Below, piece by piece: positions 19,596 through 27,112 of a DNA stretch of 36,327 nucleotides. Each line of letters starts with the position of its first letter. Position 1 is the stretch's first letter. A program made the translations under genes and the position numbers. A model generated the notes under the pieces. The model made no database searches, was not told where the DNA came from, and worked only from the letters and a program-made list of their open reading frames with translations. The DNA is from Kofleriaceae bacterium (GTDB taxonomy: Bacteria > Myxococcota_A > Polyangia > Haliangiales > Haliangiaceae), in the NCBI GenBank assembly GCA_046597055.1, contig JBKJLC010000087.1, positions 1 through 36,327 on the forward strand. Direction: 5' to 3'.

Positions 19596-22256
19596 CTACT
19601 CGCGGCGGGTGGTCGGCAGCATGCCGGTCGGCCTCACCCGCTCGTCCTCGTCGCGCAGGTAGCGACGGCGGCCGGTCTCGGCCCACCAGTGGATCCACTG
19701 GTCGCGGGCGGCGTCGCGCTCGCGGCGGGCCGCGTCGGCGGCGTAGCCGAAGTTCTCGCCGGTGAGCCGACGCAGGTCCTCGGCGGCGCCAGCGCGCAGC
19801 GCGGCGTCCTTGTGCGCGAGCGCGTCGATCAGCCACTCGAGCCGGTGGCGGAACTTGTTGTCCTCCCACCACCGGCGCCACCGGCGCTCGGACGTGCCCA
19901 GGTCCTGGCGGGTCAGGCTCATCAGGGCGCGGCGGGCGTGCTCGCCGCGGCGCGCCTCCTTGCCGACGAGATCGATCAGGTCGCCGACCGCGTGGACGTC
20001 GGCGAGCTCGGCGATCGCGGTCGCGGCCGCGCCGACCCGGTCGAGGTCCTCGCTGTGCAGCGCGTGGCGGGCGCGGATCATCGCGAGGTCGAGATCGCGC
20101 AGCGGGTAGCCCGCTAGCGCCTCGATCGCGGCGGCGCGCACGCCGTAGTCGGCGTCGAACAGCCGCTCGACCAGGGCGTACACCGCGCTGCGCGGCCGGA
20201 CCGCGGTCGCGCACACGGTCGCGTAGAAGCGCACGTCACGGCGAGGATCGGCCAGCTTCTCGAGCAGCAGCTCGCCCGTGATGGAGCCCAGCCGCACCAC
20301 CAGCTCGAGCAGGCCGCCGTACTGGCCGGGGCGCACCGGCCGGCCGCTGACCTGGTAGCGCTCGACGCGGAGCCGGCCCGGGAAGCGGGCCTGCACCGCC
20401 GGGATGATGTCGGGGGCGCGGCGCACGGCGTCGGCGAACGCCGCCTCGTGGCGGCTGGCGTCGTCGCCCTCGATCAGGTCGAGCAGCTCGGCGATCGACC
20501 AGGTCGGCGGCAGCTCGATCGCGCCGGCCACCGCGACCGCGGGCTCGACGACCGGGATCGCGAGCGGCGTGGCCGGTGCGCGCGGCGGGACCGCCCAGCC
20601 GGCGCTGGGCGCGGTGGCCGCCCGCGATTGCTTCGACGGGACGCCGTCGGCCGCGCCGATCGGTCCCGACGGGTCGCCGGTCGGCATCCGGTAGCCGGCC
20701 GACTTCTGGCGAACGATCAGGCGACCGAGGCCATCGGCGGTCGCGGCGGCCAGCGGCAACAGCTCGGTCACCTCGGCCAGCGACAGCGGCTCGCTGCCGC
20801 GGTGCGCGACCGCCAGCGCCACGACCCGGTCGCGGAGCAGGATCGGCAGCAGCAGCGCGCCCGGCGGCACGACCCCACCCATGCGCGCGATCATGACGTC
20901 GACGTCGGGGCGGCCGCTCGCGATCGGCCCGACGTACGGGTGGCGCGCGCCGGTGGTCGACTGGAACGGTGACGGCGTGTCGAGCGGGATCAGCACCGAC
21001 GATACCTGGGCGGTGTCGAGCCCGCGGTCGGCGATCGCGATGCGGCCGATCGCGACGCCGCCCTGCACGGTGAGCAGGCCGGCCCAGCGGGTCTTGCTGC
21101 GCAGCCCGCGCAGGAGCGCGTGGAACACCCCGTCTCGATCATCGGCGGTGGCGATCAGCGCGCGCGCGACCGGCGCCGAGATCGGGCTGTCGTCGTCGGG
21201 CACCGCCGGGCGCGCCGGGCCGCTGTTCGGCGGTGGCGTGTTGCCGCTGGCCAGCGGCCGGGTCGGCACGCCGTCGCTGGTCGGGCCCGAGTCGCGGGTG
21301 CGCCGCTCGTTGGCCTCGACCCGGCGCGACTCGGTCTCCTCGAAGTGCGCCTGCACCGCCGGTGTCGACAGCTGCGCGGTCCGGGCCCGGGCCGTGATCG
21401 CCGGCACCGCCAGCTCGCCGTCGCGGCGCTCCTCGGCGGTCAGCTCGAGCTGGGACTCCGACCGCGGGCGCGGCATCGGCGCCACCGCGATGTTCTGGGT
21501 CACCCGACGCCGCGACTCGTGGCTGGCCACGCCGGCGAACGCGGCGATCGGGCCCGACGCACTGGCGGTGGCGACCGCGGCCGGCGGGGCCTCGGGGACG
21601 GAGGCGGCCGTGGTCGCGGCCACGGCCGCCTCGTCGTCGTCCGGCGGCGACACCACCGGGTGGCGCATGGTCACCGCCTCGGGCCCGACCGGCCGGAGCG
21701 CGGCCATGCGCACGTCGACGACCTGGTGCTCGTCGCTCTCGACGATCACCGAGCGGGACCGGCCGACCGGCGACATGATCGGCGAAGCATCGGCGGTCCG
21801 CGCCAGCGTCGAGAACCGAGCGGTTGCCTGGCCGCCGTAGTTGCGGGTGAACACCAGGTGCCAGCGGTACTCCGGCACGATCAGCGGCTGCACCGGCGCG
21901 TCGATCTGGTCGGCGAGCTCCTCGAGCAGGCTCATGTCGACCGGGTCGTGGACCAGCACGCGCAGCGAGCCGGCCTCGAGGCACAGCGGCACCACCCGGT
22001 AGCGCAGCGCCAGCTCGTGCGGGCACAGCCGGACCGCGTCGGCGTCGAAGACGTTGCACTCCTGGCGGGTCGCCGGGGGCAGGCCCGAGGCCAGGGCCAG
22101 GTACTGCGTCAGCCGCTCCTCGGGTACCAGGCCCATCTCGAGCATCGTGGTGTCCAGGCTGCCGCCGTAGATCACCTGGCGCTGGAACGCTTTCTCCATG
22201 CGCTTGACGCCGACGAGCCCGTCGCGCACCAGCAGGGAGCTCAGGCGAGATGCCAT
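19596..22256 (-). CDS. MshEN/T2SSE_N-domain protein with GAF-like and HEAT-repeat regions (myxobacterial FrgA-like architecture)
   Basis: ATG 22256: RLSSLLVRDGLV...Q...LDTTMLEMGLVPEERL and LALRYRVVPL...LVHDPVD. Low-complexity linker, GAF-like segment (ALLLPILLRDRVVALAVA), HEAT repeats. No P-loop. Confidence 0.8.
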   Translation of the reverse strand: MASRLSSLLVRDGLVGVKRMEKAFQRQVIYGGSLDTTMLEMGLVPEERLTQYLALASGLPPATRQECNVFDADAVRLCPHELALRYRVVPLCLEAGSLRVLVHDPVDMSLLEELADQIDAPVQPLIVPEYRWHLVFTRNYGGQATARFSTLARTADASPIMSPVGRSRSVIVESDEHQVVDVRMAALRPVGPEAVTMRHPVVSPPDDDEAAVAATTAASVPEAPPAAVATASASGPIAAFAGVASHESRRRVTQNIAVAPMPRPRSESQLELTAEERRDGELAVPAITARARTAQLSTPAVQAHFEETESRRVEANERRTRDSGPTSDGVPTRPLASGNTPPPNSGPARPAVPDDDSPISAPVARALIATADDRDGVFHALLRGLRSKTRWAGLLTVQGGVAIGRIAIADRGLDTAQVSSVLIPLDTPSPFQSTTGARHPYVGPIASGRPDVDVMIARMGGVVPPGALLLPILLRDRVVALAVAHRGSEPLSLAEVTELLPLAAATADGLGRLIVRQKSAGYRMPTGDPSGPIGAADGVPSKQSRAATAPSAGWAVPPRAPATPLAIPVVEPAVAVAGAIELPPTWSIAELLDLIEGDDASRHEAAFADAVRRAPDIIPAVQARFPGRLRVERYQVSGRPVRPGQYGGLLELVVRLGSITGELLLEKLADPRRDVRFYATVCATAVRPRSAVYALVERLFDADYGVRAAAIEALAGYPLRDLDLAMIRARHALHSEDLDRVGAAATAIAELADVHAVGDLIDLVGKEARRGEHARRALMSLTRQDLGTSERRWRRWWEDNKFRHRLEWLIDALAHKDAALRAGAAEDLRRLTGENFGYAADAARRERDAARDQWIHWWAETGRRRYLRDEDERVRPTGMLPTTRRE

Positions 22257-22263
22257 CGGGGGG

Positions 22264-22848
22264 TCACGAAGCGTGGACGACGTACGTCCCGGCGATCCAA
22301 TCGTGCAGGCCGCGCTTCTCGGCGTCAAAGCCGATCCAGAGGAAACCGAGGAACAGCGTGAAGAAGCCGGCGAGGTACCCGGCCGTGCGCACGCCGGCCC
22401 TGAGGTAGGACGGGGGCTCGCCGTACAGGTCGATCACGCGCAGGCGCAGCACCCGCATGCCCAGGGTCTGACCCAGGATCGCCTGGAAGACGAACAGGTA
22501 GATCGAGGCGACCGCGAGCGCGATGACCAGGGCGGTGACGATGGCCGGGTCGCTGGCGAGGACCAGGTCGAGCCAGAAATCGGGCTGGCTGGTCTTGCCG
22601 GGCGGCAGACGGATGCCGGCGATCGCGCTCGCGATCCACGCCAGCAGCGCGGAGATCGGCACGATGATGGCGGCGTCGATCGCGGCGGCGGCGGCGCGGC
22701 GCCAGAAGCCGGCGACGAACACGGTGGGGGCGTCACCCCGGCGGGCCGCCGGGCGCTCGCGCGCGGATCGCTCGCGGGGGCCGGGATCGGCGCGCACGGA
22801 CGGTGGCGCACCGACCGACCCCAGGATGGAGGGCTCGGCCTCGGGCAT
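22264..22848 (-). CDS. RDD family membrane protein
   Basis: AGFWRRAAAAAID, GQTLGMRVLRLRVI, RGLHDWIAGTYVV. Confidence 0.93.
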   Translation of the reverse strand: MPEAEPSILGSVGAPPSVRADPGPRERSARERPAARRGDAPTVFVAGFWRRAAAAAIDAAIIVPISALLAWIASAIAGIRLPPGKTSQPDFWLDLVLASDPAIVTALVIALAVASIYLFVFQAILGQTLGMRVLRLRVIDLYGEPPSYLRAGVRTAGYLAGFFTLFLGFLWIGFDAEKRGLHDWIAGTYVVHAS

Positions 22849-22853
22849 GGGTC

Positions 22854-22883
22854 GTTATACGGTCTAGTTGCCCTCCGGGGCAA
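22854..22883 (-). promoter_or_regulatory. Putative leaderless sigma70 promoter with overlapping palindrome
   Basis: Minus strand TTGCCC-N18-TATAAC-N5-ATG. The palindrome TTGCCC-N4-GGGCAA (22868-22883) overlaps the -35. Confidence 0.55.
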
Positions 22884-22991
22884 ATCTAGCGGCCGTGCGC
22901 CATGGCTCCCCTGCAGGAGGCAGACCTCGCACCTGACCGTGACCCCGGACCCCGGCGCTACTGTTGACCGCTTCGCGCCGCTCGCTGGGGT

Positions 22992-23720
22992 CTAGTGCGC
23001 GGCGCGGGCGGCCCGGATCGCCGCGACCGCCGCCACCCCCGCGGTCTCCGAGCGCAGGACGTACGGGCCGATGGTCACCGGGACGAAGCCGGCCGCCACC
23101 GCCGCGTCGACCTCGGCCGCCGACAGACCGCCCTCGGGGCCGATCAGGAGCTCGACGGCGTGGGCGGTCGCCGGCACCGCTGACAGCAGGGGTTGGTCGT
23201 GGGCGGCCGGGTGCGCGACCAGCCGCACGTCGCCGGTGCAGGCGGCCAGCGCCTCGGCCAGCCGGACCGCGGCCTCGATGATCGGGACATCGGCCCGACC
23301 GCACTGGCGCGCGGCCTCGCGCGCGATGGTCTGCTGACGCTCGGCCCGCTTGGCGCGCCGGTCGTCGTCGAGCCGGACCACGCAGCGCTCGGTCGCGCAC
23401 GGGACCACCCGGTCGACCCCGACCTCGACCAGCTTCTCGAGGCACCAGTCCATCCGCTCGCCCTTCACCAGCGCCTGCAGCACCGTGATCCGCGGGCCGG
23501 TCGGCGGCCGGGCGGTCGGCGCGGCGACCTCGAGGGTCGCGGTGTCGGCGGTGACCGCGACCACCACGGCGGCGGCCTCGCGCCCGGCGCCGTCGAAGAC
23601 CTGGACCGGGGCGCCAACCGGCAGCCGCCGCGAGCGGAACAGGTACGCGTGATCGTCGCCGGTGACCTCGAGCGGGCCGGCGGTCAGGCGCGCCGGCGCG
23701 ACCAGGAGCCGCGCCGTCAT
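22992..23720 (-). CDS. rsmE: 16S rRNA m3U1498 methyltransferase
   Basis: QALVKGERMDWCLEKLVEVGV, EAARQCGR, LIGPEGGLS, VLRSETAG; lies downstream of prmA. Confidence 0.95.
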   Translation of the reverse strand: MTARLLVAPARLTAGPLEVTGDDHAYLFRSRRLPVGAPVQVFDGAGREAAAVVVAVTADTATLEVAAPTARPPTGPRITVLQALVKGERMDWCLEKLVEVGVDRVVPCATERCVVRLDDDRRAKRAERQQTIAREAARQCGRADVPIIEAAVRLAEALAACTGDVRLVAHPAAHDQPLLSAVPATAHAVELLIGPEGGLSAAEVDAAVAAGFVPVTIGPYVLRSETAGVAAVAAIRAARAAH

Positions 23721-23787
23721 GGCGTCAGCGCTCCGGGCGGCACGGGCTCGGTGAGCGTGGTGGCAGGCTCGTCGGGCGGCGGCGCGC

Positions 23788-24681
23788 TCACGCCGGGGGC
23801 CGGCGCAGCACCGCGCTCGACCACGCCGGGTCGTCGGGGCTCTCGCGGACGGCGACCAGGGTCAGCGCGCGCGCGACGTACTCGTCGGCGACCGCGGCCG
23901 CCTGCGGGGTCAGGAGACCCGACAGGATCAGCGTGCCGCCCGGGGCGACCCGGGCCGCGAGGTCGTCGGCGAGCGCGCGCAGGACGTGGGCCTGGATGTT
24001 GGCCACGACCAGCGGAAACGTCTCGGTCAGCGCGCCGACCGGGGTCAGCGCGCTGGTGATGCGGTCGGTGACGCCGTTGATCGCCGCGTTCTCGCCGCAG
24101 GCGGTCACCGCGATCGGATCGTTGTCGACCGCGATCGCGTGGGCGCCGGGCCACAGCTTGACCGCGGCGATCGCCAGGATGCCGGAGCCGGCCCCGACGT
24201 CGAGCAGTCGGTCGACCGCGGCGCCGCTGGCAGCCAGCGCGTCGAGCTCACCGAGGCAGAGCCGGGTCGACGCGTGGGTGCCGGTGCCGAAGGCCATGCC
24301 CGGATCGAGGTCGATCACGACGTCGCCCGCGGCCGGGGCGTGGCTGCCCTTCTCCCAGCTCGGGACCACCACGATGCGCGGCGTGATGCGGGTGACATGG
24401 AAGTACTTCTTCCAGGCGTCGCGCCACTCGGCCTCGGGGACCGCGGGCTGGGCGCGCACCGTCGCTGGGTCCACGCCCAGTCCGGCGGCGGCGAACGCGG
24501 CGACCGCGACGCGCACCTCGGACAGCGCCGCCTCGCAGCTCGCGAGGGGCGCCCAGATCACGACCTCGTCGCCGCGGATCTCGGTGCCTTCGCGCGCCGG
24601 TTCACAGGCGTCAGCGAGCAGCGCCGCGATGTCGTCGACGTCGGCAGCCGCGGCAGGGACGATGATCTCGACCCAGTCCAT
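23788..24681 (-). CDS. prmA: Ribosomal protein L11 methyltransferase
   Basis: WRDAWKKYFH, LDPGMAFGTGTHASTRLC, LDVGAGSGILAIAA, VVANI, GTLILSGLL. Confidence 0.96.
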   Translation of the reverse strand: MDWVEIIVPAAAADVDDIAALLADACEPAREGTEIRGDEVVIWAPLASCEAALSEVRVAVAAFAAAGLGVDPATVRAQPAVPEAEWRDAWKKYFHVTRITPRIVVVPSWEKGSHAPAAGDVVIDLDPGMAFGTGTHASTRLCLGELDALAASGAAVDRLLDVGAGSGILAIAAVKLWPGAHAIAVDNDPIAVTACGENAAINGVTDRITSALTPVGALTETFPLVVANIQAHVLRALADDLAARVAPGGTLILSGLLTPQAAAVADEYVARALTLVAVRESPDDPAWSSAVLRRPPA

Positions 24682-24736
24682 GGAGCAGCGGGTGGGGACG
24701 GTGCGCCGTGCGCGACCACGTCCCCGTGTCGATCAG

Positions 24737-24967
24737 TTACATCCGACCGGGGCTGGGGGTCGACTTGCGCTTCATCTCGCGGCGCAGACGCTTGCGAGCC
24801 TCGCGGGTCTTCCGCTTCTTCTTGACCGACGGCTTCTCGTAGAACCGGCGGCGCTTCAGCTCCTGCAGGATGCCTTCCTTGGACATCTTCTGCTTGAGGA
24901 TCTTCATGGCCTTCTCGAGGCTGTCACGAACCTCGACTTCGACCGGTTTACCGAACGCGTTCTCCAT
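24737..24967 (-). CDS. rpsU: 30S ribosomal protein S21
   Basis: ATG 24967; SLEKAMKILKQK..KEGILQELKRRRFYEKPSVKKKRK. Confidence 0.95.
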   Translation of the reverse strand: MENAFGKPVEVEVRDSLEKAMKILKQKMSKEGILQELKRRRFYEKPSVKKKRKTREARKRLRREMKRKSTPSPGRM

Positions 24968-25165
24968 GGGGAGGCAAGGGGTATCCGATCGCAGGAGCGA
25001 AGACAAGAACAGAGACACCCAGATCGGGCGGCGCGGGTCGACGCGGTCACGACTGCCAGGTCTCGCCGGGCACCCGCGGCGTGCGGCGCGGCCGCAGCGG
25101 GCTCGCCGAAAACACGACCGCCCCCGTCGGCCAAACAGGGGCAGTCGCGCGCGAACCGAGGGCGG

Positions 25166-25357
25166 TTACGACTTGTGCTTGTAGAACAGCGTGATCGTCA
25201 GGCAGTGGAACTCGGAGTCCGACGACTGCGTGACGATCTTGTCGATGATGTCGACGTTCTGATTGGTCCGGATCCAGTCGGTGATGATCTCGCCGAGGAG
25301 CTCGCGCTCCTTGGCCTTCGTCGCGGAGAACACTTTCACGCCGGTAACGTCGAGCAC
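25166..25357 (-). CDS. 63-aa small hypothetical protein
   Basis: AGGAGG 7 nt before GTG 25357; compact sequence TGVKVFSATKAKERELLGE..QSSDSEFHCLTITLFY with strong GC3 bias. Confidence 0.85.
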   Translation of the reverse strand: MLDVTGVKVFSATKAKERELLGEIITDWIRTNQNVDIIDKIVTQSSDSEFHCLTITLFYKHKS

Positions 25358-25475
25358 GCGGGACCCTCCTTCGCCTTGAGTCGGTGATTGCGCAGCTGCA
25401 GCTCGTGCCACTTCAAACCTCGGTTCCTCGCGGGTCGGCAGCCCTTCCGCGATCGTTCGTTGTGCAGTGCTCCCG

Positions 25476-25547
25476 ATGCTGGCAGATGTTGGCATTCCAG
25501 TCAATGAGAAAAAATACACAAATGACAGAATTCATTCCGCAGAATGA
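25476..25547 (-). promoter_or_regulatory. Sigma70-type promoter with UP-like tract and upstream palindrome
   Basis: Minus strand TTGACT-N17-CAGCAT with TG extension; AT-rich tract 25505-25530; TCATTC-N4-GAATGA at 25532-25547. Confidence 0.55.
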
Positions 25548-25699
25548 TTGAGCAATACCCACACCTCACCCCACAGGGGTGGATGTCCGGGGAGCCCGTG
25601 CCGCGCACGCCCCCCTCGCTCGACTCGCTCCCGTCGCCACGGTAGCTTCGCCGCGCCCCGGAAGACCCTTTCGACCGTCCAGCACAGGCAGGCTCCCAG

Positions 25700-27112
25700 A
25701 TGAACTCCAGGAACATGGGCACCGCTCTCGCGGTCTGCCTCACGACACTCGCGGGATCCGTCCCGGCGCAGGCGCAGCCCGCGGCGCAGCCCGCGGCGCC
25801 GGTCCCGGCCGCTCGTCAGACCCCGCGGGCTCGCCCGGGCCTGGCGCTCCCGGCCATCGAGCAGTTCACGCTCGACAACGGCCTGCGGGTCGCGTTCCTC
25901 CGCCACGACGCCGCCCCGGTGGTCGCGGTCGAGGTCTGGTACCACGCGGGCGCCAAGGACGAGGCGCGCAACCGGCGCGGCTCGGCCCACATGTTCGAGC
26001 ACATGATGTTCAAGGGCACCCAGCGGGTCCGGCCCGAGGAGCACGCGCGCTTCGTGGCGGGCGTCGGCGGGACGTACAACGCCCACACCACCGAGGACGC
26101 GACCGCGTACCTGCAGGTGGTGCCGACCGACTACCTCGACTTCGTGCTCCAGCTCGAGGCCGAGCGCATGCGGCACCTCCTGTTCCGCGACGACATGATC
26201 AAGACCGAGCGCGAGGTCGTCAAAGAGGAGATCCGCCAGCAGGAGAACGACCCGATCAGCAAGGGCCTGCTCCGGTTCCTCGAGATCGCGTTCACCAAGC
26301 ACCCGTACGCGTGGACCGCCGGCGGCACCGCCGGGGACCTCGACGCCACCACCAGCGCCGATCTCAAGGGCTTCTACGAGGCCTACTACCAGCCCGGCAA
26401 CGCGCTCCTGGTCGTGGTCGGCGCGACCACGCTCGAGGCGGTCAAGGCCTCGGCCGAGCAGCACTTCGGCAAGATCCCGGCGGCCGCCGCGCCGCCGCGC
26501 CCGGCGCTGGACAGCCCGGAGCCGGCGCAGACCCAGGCGCGCCGCGAGGTCGTCGAGCCCGGCCGGATCGGCATCGTGTTTGCCGGCTGGAAGATCCCGG
26601 AGGCCAAGGCGACCGACGTCTATGCGCTCCAGCTGCTGTCGATCGTGCTCGGCACCGGCGAGTCGTCGCGGCTGCGCCAGCGCATCAAGGCGATCGACCC
26701 GAAGACCAAGGCGCCGCTCGGCGTCGAGGCGGCCACCCCGATCCTGGTCCGCGAGCACCCGGGCCTGTTCCTCGCCATCGGGATCTATCGCGACCCGGCG
26801 CGGGGCACCGCGGTCGAGGCCGCGGTGCTCGACGAGGTGGCCCGGGTCGCCAAGAAGCCGCCGGTCGCCGACGAGCTGCGCAAGGCCAAGAACATCATCC
26901 AGTCTTCGTTCGTGTTCGGGCTCGACAGCCCGCTCGGCATCGCCGAGCAGATCGGCCAGTCGTGGATCCTCACTGGCGATCCCGGCCAGTGGCTGCGCGA
27001 CCTCGATCTGATCGAGAAGGTGACCTCCGCCGACATCGCGCGGGTCGCCCGGACCTACCTCACCCGCGAGCGCTCGACCATCGTGGTCGTGCCGCCGATG
27101 GGAGCCCCATGA
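25700..27112 (+). CDS. M16B (pitrilysin-family) zinc peptidase, catalytic subunit, exported
   Basis: Signal peptide; TLDNGLRV, GSAHMFEHMMFKG (HxxEH), NAHT, EREVVKEE, HPY. Confidence 0.93.
   Translation: MNSRNMGTALAVCLTTLAGSVPAQAQPAAQPAAPVPAARQTPRARPGLALPAIEQFTLDNGLRVAFLRHDAAPVVAVEVWYHAGAKDEARNRRGSAHMFEHMMFKGTQRVRPEEHARFVAGVGGTYNAHTTEDATAYLQVVPTDYLDFVLQLEAERMRHLLFRDDMIKTEREVVKEEIRQQENDPISKGLLRFLEIAFTKHPYAWTAGGTAGDLDATTSADLKGFYEAYYQPGNALLVVVGATTLEAVKASAEQHFGKIPAAAAPPRPALDSPEPAQTQARREVVEPGRIGIVFAGWKIPEAKATDVYALQLLSIVLGTGESSRLRQRIKAIDPKTKAPLGVEAATPILVREHPGLFLAIGIYRDPARGTAVEAAVLDEVARVAKKPPVADELRKAKNIIQSSFVFGLDSPLGIAEQIGQSWILTGDPGQWLRDLDLIEKVTSADIARVARTYLTRERSTIVVVPPMGAP

Noticed and set aside
25395..25410. 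Minus-strand TGGCACG as a sigma54 -24 box upstream of the small protein
   Set aside because: No GC at the required 10-nt spacing; a sigma70-type promoter further upstream fits better.
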